A stretch of DNA of 64,000 bases, taken from Candidatus Saccharimonadales bacterium (GTDB lineage Bacteria; Patescibacteriota; Saccharimonadia; Saccharimonadales; 2-12-FULL-41-12). The stretch lies in assembly GCA_041600715.1 (NCBI GenBank), contig JBFIJM010000001.1:256387-320386 (forward strand). Reading direction: 5' to 3'. The position numbers and the translations under genes are program-made. Under the pieces are notes generated by a model. It worked only from the letters and a program-made list of their open reading frames with translations, did not search any database and was not told the DNA's origin. This document shows, piece after piece, positions 26,466-35,693 of the stretch. Position 1 is the first letter of the stretch, and every line of letters starts with the position of its first letter.

Positions 26466-29400
26466 TATTTTGCCTCCTCTTCCGTATCAACATTTTCATC
26501 GTTATCATCCGTAGAGACCGTAACCGTTGTTGACGGCAAGTCTCCCTCTAATTCCATTACCATGTACTCATCTACTGATGCGTCTTCTGTTACGTCAACG
26601 TTACTTGCTTCAGGTTGTGGAACTTCTACATTGGATAATGTTTCTGCTTCACCCTTGATGTTTTCAGCGAGTATCTCTTCTGCGTCCACGACGGCATCAC
26701 TCGTGATGAGATCAACCTTCAGGCCTAATCCTTGTAGTTCTTTAACAAGCACGTTGAAGCTTTCTGGAACTTTTGGACCTACAATTTCTGTCTGCTTAAT
26801 GATTGATTCGTAAGCCTTTGACCTACCGTAAACATCGTCAGACTTGATTGTAAGCATTTCCTGAAGTGTATTACTTGCACCATATGCCTCAAGTGCCCAG
26901 ACTTCCATTTCTCCAAATCTTTGGCCACCATTCTGCGCCTTACCACCAAGAGGTTGCTGTGTAACCATTGTGTAAGGCCCTGTTGAGCGAGCGTGAATTT
27001 TATCAGTAACCATGTGTGTTAACTTAAGGAAGTACATGTTACCTACAACGGTCCGCTCTTTAAATGCTTCACCAGTACGCCCATCATAAAGTTGCTGTTT
27101 GCCGTCTTCTGGATATCCAGCTTCGTTTAGAAGTTCACTAATCTTAGTCGCTGACAGCCCGTTAAACGACGGTGTTGCTACTTTCATTCCGAGAGCACGT
27201 GCAGCCATACCAAGATGTGTTTCAAATAATTGTCCTAGGTTCATACGAGAAGGAACGCCAAGTGGGTTGAGAAGTATATCTACAGGTGTTCCATCTTCAT
27301 TGAACGGCATATCCTCAACTGGCAGAATTCTTGCAATAACACCTTTGTTACCGTGACGACCAGCTAATTTATCACCTACCTGGATTTTTCGCATCTGAGC
27401 CACAAAAACTTGTATTTGCATAATGACACCAGCCTTAAGCTCATGTCCGTTTTCCCTACTAAATACTTTTACTCCGACCACCTTGCCGTGCTTACCGTTG
27501 CTCATTCGCTGTGAAGTATCACGAACTTCTTTAGCTTTTTCGCCGAATATAGCACGAAGCAATCTTTCTTCAGAACTTAATTCCTGTTCACCTTTTGGAG
27601 TGATTTTACCAACAAGAATGTCGCCTGGATGAACTTCTGCGCCAATACTAACTATACCGTTCTCATCAAGGTGACGAAGGGCATCTTCTGAAACGTTTGG
27701 TATATCACTAGTAACAACCTCTGGTCCAAGTTTAGTCTCGCGGACTTCTGTCATGTAATCAACAATATGGATACTTGTAAGAGTGTCATCTTCTACTAAT
27801 CGTCGAGATATAACAATCGCATCTTCGAAGTTATATCCACCCCAAGGCATAAATGCTACAAGTAAATCGCGACCTAGTGCTAATTCGCCGTTCTGAATTG
27901 ACATACCTTCTATTAAGGCATCGCCTGCTTTAACTTTATCGCCCTTGCTTACTACAACGCGTTGGTTAATACATGTGCCTTCGTTACTGCGGACAAAATG
28001 CATCGGAGCATAACTTACTTTTCGCTTACCATACTCGACGACGATTTCTTCTGCTGATGCCCTTAGTACAGTTCCTGCCTCTTCTGCATAAATGATCTGT
28101 CCACTATTCATTGCTGCCGCAGCTTCTAGGCCTGTACCAACTATTGGTGAGCGAGGCTGTATTAATGGTACTGCCTGTTTTTGCTGGTTAGAACCTACAA
28201 GAGCACGGTCAACACGATCTCGTTCCACAAATGGGACTAGTCCTGCAATAGAACCTATGATCTGGTTCTTAGCTGCATCCATGTGAGTAATCTCATCGGC
28301 GTCAATTTCACCAACGCTTAGGCGAATACGCGCACTAACACGCTCTTCTTTAAAGTATCCATCAGCGTCAATTTCGTTACCTGCTCCAGCGACGATAGTC
28401 TTTTCTTCGTCTGCCGCGCCCAAGAATACAACCTCATCAGTAACCTTAGCTTTTACAGGCCAGGTTGCACGACCCTTTACAGAGGCTAGTTTTTTAGCGT
28501 CTGCTTCTGTGATCTTAGAGCCTTTTTTAACAATTACTTTACCCTTTTCATCTTCTAGATCTACTGATGCAATATGACCTGGAGCGTCTTTTGGAGTCGC
28601 AGAGTTTATAACTTTGCGGTATGGAGTCTCGACAAATCCGTACTCATTTATTCGTGCATAGTTTGCTAGGTTTAGCACTAGTCCAATGTTGGCACCTTCA
28701 GGGGTTTCAACAGCACAAATACGACCGTAGTGGGTAGCATGCGCATCACGAACTTCAAAGCCGGCTCGTTCTCGTGAAAGACCACCAGGGCCCATAGAAC
28801 TAAGTCGACGCTTATGAGCAAGTTCAGATAACGGATTAATCTGGTCCATGAACTGACTAAGCTGTGAACTTGCAAAGAACTCACGTACAGCCGCAACAAC
28901 TGGTCTTGCATTGATAAGTTGTCCAGGAGTTACGGTTTCTATCTCACTCATACTCATGCGATCTTTTGTATTGCGTTCCATTCTAAGAAGACCAATTCTA
29001 AACTGACGCTGTACAAGTTCGCCAACTAGTTTTACGCGTCGGTTCGCAAGACTATCAATGTCGTCAGCTGGTTCTTGAGTGTTATTAAGTCGAATGATCT
29101 CACTAATTATTGCTATTAGGTCTTCAAGTCTCATTACTCGATTCTCTGCTGTATTTGGCACATCAAGATCGAGACGCTTGTTAATCTTGTAACGACCAAC
29201 TCTACTAAAGTCAAAACGCTTGTAGTTATAGAACATATTTTCAATCAAGCTTCGTGCATTATCAACAGTTGCAAGATCACCTGGTCGTAGTCTTCTATAA
29301 ACTTCAATCAAAGCTTCGCTACCAGTTTTCGAAGGATCTTTTTCAAGCGTAGCGTCTAGATAATTGATTTTTCCTTGATCTACATGCTTAAAAGCATCTT

Positions 29401-30013
29401 TCATGGCAGATTCACTCATACCAAGAGCTCTTAGTAGAGTAGAGACAGGAATTTTTCGTTTTCGATCTATTTTTACAAACAGTGCTTTGTTGGCAGCGGT
29501 TTCAAATTCCAACCATGCACCACGCCCTGGTATAACTTTGGCTCCGTAAAGGTTTCCGCTTGCTGAAAGTTCAGATGTGAAAAATACTCCCGCAGAACGG
29601 ATTAATTGGCTAACTACAACTCGTTCAGCACCGTTAATGACGAAAGTACCCCTAGAAGTCATCCAAGGAAAATCACCAAGATAAATTTCCTGTTCTTTAA
29701 CTTCTCCCGTTACTTTGTTTGTAAGAACAACTTTAGCCTTCAGTGGCGCCTCATAGCTAATATTGTTTTCTCGAGCTTCGGCTTCTGTGGTTTTTGGATT
29801 TTCAAAGTGATAGTCCTTAAAGCTTAGACTCAGTTTGGTAGCGGTATAGTCATCAATTGGGCTAATCTCGGCTAATAGCTCACCCAAGCCTTCTTCTACA
29901 AACCACTGCCATGAGTGATTTTGATGGTTAACCAAGTTTGGTAGGTCTAAGACCTGTTTAGTGTCAGTAAAAAACGTACGCTGTGATGCGCTCTTAGTAG
30001 TAGCTTTTGCCAT
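26465..30013 (-). CDS. rpoB: DNA-directed RNA polymerase subunit beta
   Basis: 1182-aa ORF with conserved RpoB blocks (GRHGNKGV, FGEMEVWALEAYGA). It has an acidic C-terminal tail. Confidence 0.99.
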   Translation of the reverse strand: MAKATTKSASQRTFFTDTKQVLDLPNLVNHQNHSWQWFVEEGLGELLAEISPIDDYTATKLSLSFKDYHFENPKTTEAEARENNISYEAPLKAKVVLTNKVTGEVKEQEIYLGDFPWMTSRGTFVINGAERVVVSQLIRSAGVFFTSELSASGNLYGAKVIPGRGAWLEFETAANKALFVKIDRKRKIPVSTLLRALGMSESAMKDAFKHVDQGKINYLDATLEKDPSKTGSEALIEVYRRLRPGDLATVDNARSLIENMFYNYKRFDFSRVGRYKINKRLDLDVPNTAENRVMRLEDLIAIISEIIRLNNTQEPADDIDSLANRRVKLVGELVQRQFRIGLLRMERNTKDRMSMSEIETVTPGQLINARPVVAAVREFFASSQLSQFMDQINPLSELAHKRRLSSMGPGGLSRERAGFEVRDAHATHYGRICAVETPEGANIGLVLNLANYARINEYGFVETPYRKVINSATPKDAPGHIASVDLEDEKGKVIVKKGSKITEADAKKLASVKGRATWPVKAKVTDEVVFLGAADEEKTIVAGAGNEIDADGYFKEERVSARIRLSVGEIDADEITHMDAAKNQIIGSIAGLVPFVERDRVDRALVGSNQQKQAVPLIQPRSPIVGTGLEAAAAMNSGQIIYAEEAGTVLRASAEEIVVEYGKRKVSYAPMHFVRSNEGTCINQRVVVSKGDKVKAGDALIEGMSIQNGELALGRDLLVAFMPWGGYNFEDAIVISRRLVEDDTLTSIHIVDYMTEVRETKLGPEVVTSDIPNVSEDALRHLDENGIVSIGAEVHPGDILVGKITPKGEQELSSEERLLRAIFGEKAKEVRDTSQRMSNGKHGKVVGVKVFSRENGHELKAGVIMQIQVFVAQMRKIQVGDKLAGRHGNKGVIARILPVEDMPFNEDGTPVDILLNPLGVPSRMNLGQLFETHLGMAARALGMKVATPSFNGLSATKISELLNEAGYPEDGKQQLYDGRTGEAFKERTVVGNMYFLKLTHMVTDKIHARSTGPYTMVTQQPLGGKAQNGGQRFGEMEVWALEAYGASNTLQEMLTIKSDDVYGRSKAYESIIKQTEIVGPKVPESFNVLVKELQGLGLKVDLITSDAVVDAEEILAENIKGEAETLSNVEVPQPEASNVDVTEDASVDEYMVMELEGDLPSTTVTVSTDDNDENVDTEEEAK

Positions 30014-30077
30014 ATAAGGTACGGGCTCCTCTTTAGCTTAGTGATTTAGATTGAGTTGTTAGCAAATAATTACGCTC

Positions 30078-30130
30078 AAAATTTAAGGTGTAAAAATTTG
30101 AGCTAGACTAGTTACTAGTTTCTTATTTCT
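30078..30130 (+). repeat. Degenerate, inverted copy of the heptad-repeat element in the rpoB leader
   Basis: The plus strand reads AAAATTTAAGGTGTAAAAATTTGAGCTAGACTAGTTACTAGTTTCTTATTTC. This resembles the reverse complement of copies A-C (…AAATTAGCTGAACTAGTTCCTAGTTCCTATTTCC). Confidence 0.45.
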
Positions 30131-30236
30131 GTTTTTTATTGATATTGGCGCCGAAGATTACTGCCGACATATTTGCATTTTTGTGATCTAATAAGGAGAC
30201 CAAAGCAAACTGTCCGCCCACTACTTCTTACTATAT

Positions 30237-30265
30237 AGAATACTTACTAATAGCTTGCTAGTCAA
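30237..30265 (-). promoter_or_regulatory. Candidate rpoB promoter
   Basis: The minus strand reads TTGACT (30260-30265), a 17-nt spacer, then TATTCT (30237-30242). Confidence 0.4.
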
Positions 30266-30762
30266 GTTATACTTTTAGGATTTAGTGCCCTGCTAAAACC
30301 ATAGTGGGAATTATTAGGTTTTATTAAGTTCTTTACCTTATCATCTTCACTCGTTGCTCCTATGATTTTATCGATCATGTATCCAGCAACTCCGGCTTCA
30401 ACAATTCTTGTGTGTGCCATTTCAAGTCCTTGCGGACCAGTATTAAACTTTAGTTCATCCGCGGTTCTCGATGAATAGTGAATTAATGATTTGGCAACAA
30501 TTAACAGTTCATCATTATTGAGAGTAAGAGATGTTTCTCCATTCTGTTTTCTTGCATCAGTAATTTTTTTATGTAAGTGAACTACCCCTCCTTCAAATAG
30601 GGATCGTATTGAGTCTGCCTGAATGTTTTCGGCTACTTGATCACGTTCATACTGTCTAATAGAGTTTAAAACTACACTTGTTTCGCTAAATCCACTTGCT
30701 TGATCAATGCCCAAATTTACACCCCAGTGACATTGGTTGTACGGTGCCTTTGTTATGTCCAT
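30262..30762 (-). CDS. Hypothetical protein (166 aa), paralog of the 30810-31202 gene
   Basis: The segment SIRSLFEGGVVHLHKKITDARKQNGETSLTLNNDELL aligns with TVRDLFRSGIRHMHDSLLRATTEQNETSIMLNEHQL of the neighbouring gene. Confidence 0.65.
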   Translation of the reverse strand: MDITKAPYNQCHWGVNLGIDQASGFSETSVVLNSIRQYERDQVAENIQADSIRSLFEGGVVHLHKKITDARKQNGETSLTLNNDELLIVAKSLIHYSSRTADELKFNTGPQGLEMAHTRIVEAGVAGYMIDKIIGATSEDDKVKNLIKPNNSHYGFSRALNPKSIT

Positions 30763-30809
30763 TACATTCTAGGTTAAACTACTGAGTCGATTATGCAAGC
30801 ATTACCAGT

Positions 30810-31202
30810 TTACTCTGCAAGGTTTTCTTGCACTTTAAGACTAAGTTCATGAGTGACCTGTTGAGCCATCAAATCGTAAGGCGCATCGTTCTGTGACTTT
30901 TGCTTTGCGAAACTTGTAACAGCCTCACCAAGCCACCTGAGTTGGTGTTCATTAAGCATTATCGACGTTTCGTTTTGTTCTGTAGTGGCTCGTAGTAATG
31001 AGTCATGCATATGCCTTATCCCACTTCTAAATAAATCCCGAACAGTCATAGCCTGCACTACATGATCACCGCAACCGTCAGATGTCAGCTCATCCCAATA
31101 AAAGCCAACTGCGTCTGCGACAACCCTTGCTTCTGACAGTAATGGGTCTGACGCCTGTTTGATCTCTAATGAAAACCTACCTGAACCTAAGGATGTTATC
31201 AT
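30810..31202 (-). CDS. Hypothetical protein (130 aa), paralog of the 30262-30762 gene
   Basis: The shared core motif is R-LF--G--H-H...QN(G)ETS--LN---L. I recognise no family. Confidence 0.65.
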   Translation of the reverse strand: MITSLGSGRFSLEIKQASDPLLSEARVVADAVGFYWDELTSDGCGDHVVQAMTVRDLFRSGIRHMHDSLLRATTEQNETSIMLNEHQLRWLGEAVTSFAKQKSQNDAPYDLMAQQVTHELSLKVQENLAE

Positions 31203-31284
31203 ATTTCTAATTTTAAACTACGTTTACTTTTTTGTCATTTTTATGGGTTACGACCTAATAAGATTACTCAATAACTTAAGTATC

Positions 31285-31872
31285 CTATTCTAATGTCTGT
31301 ATAACATTATCTACAATGCCGTATTGCTTGGCTTCTTTAGACGTTAACCACTTATCTCGCTCCATATCTTCATGGATTTTCTCAGGTTTCTGGCCGGTAT
31401 TTTTAGCCATAATACTTTCGAGCAAACTCTTAATGCGTAACGACTCCTTAAGACTAATCTCTTGATCGGTTACCATACCACGAGTTCCAGATGATGGTTG
31501 ATGGATCATAACTGTACCATGTTGCAAGATTGTTCGCTTACCTTTTGCGCCACTACTTAGTAGAAATGCTGCCGCAGACGCTTGCACGCCTATCCCTACA
31601 GTTGCTACGTCAGGCTTAATATATTGCATAGTGTCATAGATCGCTAGGGCGTCATAAACACTACCACCAGGACTATTTATATAGATTTGAATGTCTTTGG
31701 TTGGGTCTTCATTAGCTAAATGGAGTAGCTGGGCCACAATAATATTTGCGCTATGTTCGTTTACGTCTGTACCAAGAAAAATAATTCTATCTTTAAGCAA
31801 CCGAGAGTATATATCAAATGCTCGTTCATGACGGCCTTCTTGCTCTATAACTGTAGGGATAAGTACTGACAT
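31285..31872 (-). CDS. clpP: ATP-dependent Clp protease proteolytic subunit
   Basis: 195-aa ORF with [18 protein letters not shown] and [19 protein letters not shown], and the catalytic Ser/His context (QASAAAF, MIHQP). Confidence 0.98.
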   Translation of the reverse strand: MSVLIPTVIEQEGRHERAFDIYSRLLKDRIIFLGTDVNEHSANIIVAQLLHLANEDPTKDIQIYINSPGGSVYDALAIYDTMQYIKPDVATVGIGVQASAAAFLLSSGAKGKRTILQHGTVMIHQPSSGTRGMVTDQEISLKESLRIKSLLESIMAKNTGQKPEKIHEDMERDKWLTSKEAKQYGIVDNVIQTLE

Positions 31873-31912
31873 AAATCTGTCCTCGTTTAATAATACTATC
31901 GTAAATCATAAA

Positions 31913-31939
31913 TTAGCACTCGTCAATACAGAGTGCTAA
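31913..31939. promoter_or_regulatory. CIRCE operator (HrcA-type) upstream of clpP
   Basis: TTAGCACTC-GTCAATACA-GAGTGCTAA is a perfect match to the CIRCE consensus TTAGCACTC-N9-GAGTGCTAA. It lies 41 nt upstream of the clpP ATG. On the minus strand the spacer contains TTGACG, a candidate -35. Confidence 0.8.
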
Positions 31940-31965
31940 TTTACTACTTTGTAATTGTTGTTATT

Positions 31966-33252
31966 TTAAACTTTTGCAGAGTCAACTATGAAGTTAACAA
32001 CTTTTTGGCTCAGCATTCGGCTTGCAATATCCCGTCGGGCTTCAGGTTTTTCAAGCTGTTGTTGCATAGTTGGGTCTGTATACTGAGCTTTTAACATTTG
32101 AAGCTGAATTTCTAGTTCCTCTGGTGTGACTATCAAAGATTCTTTCTCTGCAATTTCGCTTAATATTATGCCTGTCTTAACCTGATCACGCGCATTTGGC
32201 TCAACTACTTCTGCCTTATACTTATCTTCGGTGGTTTTCTCTGATTCGATAAACTCAGCAAAAGTCTGACCACGGTAGGTAAGATTTCTTCGTAGTTCAT
32301 CAAGCTCATAAGTAACTTGCTGGTCAATCAAAGCCTGTGGAATCGCAACTTGGCTGTTATCAACAACTTGTTTTAGAAGCTCATTCTGCTTGGCTCGCAA
32401 AACTTCATTTGAAGATTCTTGTTCAAGCTGTTTGCGAACATCGTCTTTTAACTCTTTGAGTGTTTTAAACGGCCCAGCTTTGGATGCTAAATCATCGTCT
32501 AACTTTGGTTTTATAAGCTCATTGACCGACTTAAGATTTACAGTAAATGTTACCTTCTTACTGGCTAATGCTTTCACTCCATAGTCCTTTGGGAACGTAA
32601 GAGTAAAGCTTTTTTCATCGCCTGTTTTCATTCCAATTATGTTGTCTTCAAATCCAGGGATAAAACTATTGCTCCCAATCACAAGTGGATAATCTTTTCC
32701 GTCGGCTCCATTTACAGGCACACCCTTAGAATCGACACCCTTAAAATCAATTGTTGCTTCGTCTCCTTCTTTAGACCCTCTTTCAACAGATTTTTTCTCG
32801 CTCATTCGAGTACGTAGAGTTTCAAGAAGATCCTTAACATCGGCCTCAGTTACTTTTTTATCTTTAACTTTAGTAGTCAGACCCTTATACTTACCGAGCT
32901 TGACCTGTCCAATCACACTAGTACTTACCTCAAACTCAAGCATTGTAAAAGGAACGAATTTTTTTATGTTTACATTGGGTTGAGTTACAGGTCTTACGTT
33001 TTCCTGCTGTGAGGCACGTGAGTAAAGATCAGTCATAGCTTCATCTAAAAATTCAGACTGTAAAATACTGGGTTCAATATTCTTTTCGATGAGTTGTAAC
33101 GGGGCGTTTCCTGCCCTAAAGCCTGGCAATTTAACGTCCTTAGATAATTTTTTTAAGACTTTTTGTTTTGATGACTCTAAATCTTCCGCTGTAGCGGTAA
33201 TGATTAAGGTTATTTCAGACTCACTTATAATAGTTTTTTCTACGTGCATCAA
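31966..33252 (-). CDS. tig: Trigger factor
   Basis: 428-aa ORF with an N-terminal ribosome-binding motif (GFRAGNAP), a central FKBP-type PPIase region, and tig-clpP synteny. Confidence 0.95.
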   Translation of the reverse strand: MMHVEKTIISESEITLIITATAEDLESSKQKVLKKLSKDVKLPGFRAGNAPLQLIEKNIEPSILQSEFLDEAMTDLYSRASQQENVRPVTQPNVNIKKFVPFTMLEFEVSTSVIGQVKLGKYKGLTTKVKDKKVTEADVKDLLETLRTRMSEKKSVERGSKEGDEATIDFKGVDSKGVPVNGADGKDYPLVIGSNSFIPGFEDNIIGMKTGDEKSFTLTFPKDYGVKALASKKVTFTVNLKSVNELIKPKLDDDLASKAGPFKTLKELKDDVRKQLEQESSNEVLRAKQNELLKQVVDNSQVAIPQALIDQQVTYELDELRRNLTYRGQTFAEFIESEKTTEDKYKAEVVEPNARDQVKTGIILSEIAEKESLIVTPEELEIQLQMLKAQYTDPTMQQQLEKPEARRDIASRMLSQKVVNFIVDSAKV

Positions 33253-33285
33253 ATCATCCTACATCAGAACTTAACAGATGTAAAG

Positions 33286-34515
33286 CTAGCGATCGACGAG
33301 AATCGAAGCTATGGTGTCTATCTGACCAGTAATGTCCTTACTATCTACAATGTCACGGAGTACGTACGTACCACTCGATACTTCGTTATCACCGACCATC
33401 ATAATGTATCGTATTCCGAGTTTATCGGCAGATTTGATTTTTTTGTCGAGTTTGCGAGGTGTTGTATCCGTCGCGACGTTTATTCCTTGCTCACGAAGCG
33501 CTTGCACAACTGCGCTTACATCCACGTCGCCGACTGAGGCAACAACGACATCTGTCGCAGGTCGTAGCTTATCAGGTACCAGGTTCCAGGTCTCCAAGAA
33601 ATTCTGTAGCGTCACATCACCCATCCCAAATCCGACTGTAGGCACTGGCTCGACGCCGAAAGCACCAACTAGTCCATCGTACCTACCACCACCAAACATA
33701 CTACGGTTGTTATCTGGGTTTTTATCAAACACTTCGAACACGATATCGGTGTAATAATCAAAGCCTCTGGCAAGACTTGGTGAGGACACGCCACGCACGC
33801 CACGTGACTCTAGTTGCATAATCAAATCTTTGACTTCTAATGAATCACCGTCGCTTGATAAAAAGCCGTACAGTGCGTCTGGCTTCTCTACATGCCCAGC
33901 GAGCTTATCCACGAACGCTGTCTGGTCAAGCTTCTCAAACATATCTATTAAGCGGATTACTTCATTTGCTGAGGTCTTTATTCCTGCTTCATTGACGCGC
34001 TTCTTCAGCAACTGGCGTGAATTAACCCGGATTTCGTACATCTCATCTGTCGCACCAAAGCGTTTCATAATGGCATCTGCCAGCTGAATAATCTCTACGT
34101 CGGCGTCTATACTTTCTATACCAAACACATCAGCGTTTAGTTGCCAAAATTCGCGTAGACGCCCACGCTGAGGTCGCTCATACCGAAAACAGTTCGGAAT
34201 ACTAAACAATCTTAGCGGATAGCCAAGCTCCTGGCGACGAGAAGCCACCAACCGACTAACCGACGGTGTCATCTCTGGCCGCATGACCACACGTCTACCA
34301 CCTCTGTCATCAAAGCTGTAGGTTTGCTCGTTAACGATCTCCTCGCTTGTTTTTGCAGTGTAGAGGTCGATCGACTCTAAAATAGGTGTGTCGTATTCTT
34401 CGTAACCAAAAGACTGGCAAACCTGTCGCATCGTGCCAAACATGTAGTTACGTATCCTCATATCCTCTGGATAAAAATCTCTGGTGCCTTTGTAGCCTAA
34501 CGTACTAAGTTTCAT
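33286..34515 (-). CDS. hisS: Histidine--tRNA ligase
   Basis: The track ORF was trimmed to the ATG at 34513-34515 (MKLSTLGYKGTRDFYPED), which follows a GGAGGA Shine-Dalgarno. Class II motifs are present (RYERPQRGRLREFWQ, GGGRYD). Confidence 0.96.
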   Translation of the reverse strand: MKLSTLGYKGTRDFYPEDMRIRNYMFGTMRQVCQSFGYEEYDTPILESIDLYTAKTSEEIVNEQTYSFDDRGGRRVVMRPEMTPSVSRLVASRRQELGYPLRLFSIPNCFRYERPQRGRLREFWQLNADVFGIESIDADVEIIQLADAIMKRFGATDEMYEIRVNSRQLLKKRVNEAGIKTSANEVIRLIDMFEKLDQTAFVDKLAGHVEKPDALYGFLSSDGDSLEVKDLIMQLESRGVRGVSSPSLARGFDYYTDIVFEVFDKNPDNNRSMFGGGRYDGLVGAFGVEPVPTVGFGMGDVTLQNFLETWNLVPDKLRPATDVVVASVGDVDVSAVVQALREQGINVATDTTPRKLDKKIKSADKLGIRYIMMVGDNEVSSGTYVLRDIVDSKDITGQIDTIASILVDR

Positions 34516-34530
34516 AATTCCTCCTATTAT

Positions 34531-34569
34531 ATACAAAAAAACTAAAAACGCCCCGGAGCATCGGGGCGT
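34531..34569 (-). terminator. Strong intrinsic terminator or attenuator immediately upstream of the hisS RBS
   Basis: The minus strand reads ACGCCCCG-ATGCTC-CGGGGCGT followed by TTTTTAGTTTTTTT. Confidence 0.8.
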
Positions 34570-34664
34570 TTGTTGAAAAACAAAGCAATACTAGCCGATG
34601 CAACGAGGCAACTTATGTACATGGACCTGGGTGGTAAAAGCTAGTGACTTGATCATATTTATAT

Positions 34665-34694
34665 ATTATATCACGCTTATGCCTGTACTGTCAA
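34665..34694 (-). promoter_or_regulatory. Near-consensus promoter upstream of the hisS leader
   Basis: The minus strand reads TTGACA (34689-34694), an 18-nt spacer, then TATAAT (34665-34670). The -35 overlaps the stop codon of the methyltransferase gene. Confidence 0.55.
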
Positions 34695-35290
34695 TACTTC
34701 TGCGCTATGACATCGTAGATGTGCCAGTGTTTTGGTGCTCCGTCGGCAATTGTTCCGTCTTCTTCCTTCTCGTCAAGATGCAATAGTGAGAGGCCGGCAA
34801 AGATTGCCCGTATTTCATCTTCTTCAACGAAGCTCATTGTCTCGCCAGGCTTATTCCATTCATCATTAACCCCAAAGAAGTTGCCAACAAAGATACCGCC
34901 CGGTTCCAGTGCATACAAAAGGCCCTTCATGACGGATCGCAGTTCATCTTTATGCACAAAAGGCAGTGAGAATGATGCATTAATAAGATCATAGCGCTCG
35001 GGGTTAAAGAGTTCGATGTCTCTACAGACGAACTGTATAAGGTCTTGGTCAGGTAAGCGCTTAATATATCTACCAGCTTCTTCACTGGCATCGACTGCAG
35101 TGACCCTCATGCCATATCCAGCAAGAAGCGCAGTCTCGCCCCCTGCACCACAACCAAGATCAAGCGCACTACGAGCACCTTCATCAAGATAACCCATAGC
35201 TAGTGCCAACAGATCATGTGTCCGGCCAGCTGTTCGATCATAGTAGCCTTCTGGTGGTGCGTATTTCTGGAAGTTTGATATATTGCTCAT
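34691..35290 (-). CDS. Class I SAM-dependent methyltransferase
   Basis: The track ORF was trimmed to the ATG at 35288-35290 (MSNISNFQKY...). Motif I is ALDLGCGAGGETALLA. Confidence 0.85.
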   Translation of the reverse strand: MSNISNFQKYAPPEGYYDRTAGRTHDLLALAMGYLDEGARSALDLGCGAGGETALLAGYGMRVTAVDASEEAGRYIKRLPDQDLIQFVCRDIELFNPERYDLINASFSLPFVHKDELRSVMKGLLYALEPGGIFVGNFFGVNDEWNKPGETMSFVEEDEIRAIFAGLSLLHLDEKEEDGTIADGAPKHWHIYDVIAQKY

Positions 35291-35302
35291 GAAAACTATT
35301 GT

Positions 35303-35626
35303 ATGATGCCTAGTAGCATGACTAAAATAAAAAATCGCGTTCATCACCGCAACCACGCATTATATGACTGGTGGAGCCTCACACACGTTACTTGGGCGTC
35401 GCTTCTTGGGTGGATAATGAACCCATTTGTGGCACTGGCAATCATGGTGCTCTGGGAGCCCCTGGAAAACTTCGTACTCAACCCACTCCTTGCAAAAATT
35501 AATATAGACTTTGGTTACGAATCATTGCAGAATTCTTTGTCTGACATTGTGTTCGATGTTGTGGGTGTGGCGATCGGTGCTTTTATACTGAAAGCCTTAA
35601 TAGATCCGCCCTTCTATCTGTTCTAA
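35303..35626 (+). CDS. Hypothetical membrane protein (107 aa)
   Basis: It has two or three hydrophobic segments (LLGWIMNPFVALAIMVLW, VVGVAIGAFILKALI). No clear Shine-Dalgarno, so the start is uncertain. Confidence 0.45.
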   Translation: MMPSSMTKIKNRVHHRNHALYDWWSLTHVTWASLLGWIMNPFVALAIMVLWEPLENFVLNPLLAKINIDFGYESLQNSLSDIVFDVVGVAIGAFILKALIDPPFYLF

Positions 35627-35693
35627 GAACCGCTCTTGATTCTTTGCGTACATAGGAGCATAATCACCAATAATACTTAAGGGAGATGGAATT

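Noticed and set aside
34629-34636. A T-box-like GGGTGGTA motif near hisS.
   Set aside because: It lies on the plus strand, whereas hisS is transcribed on the minus strand. It also lacks the conserved ACCGCG continuation, and no specifier-loop architecture could be drawn.
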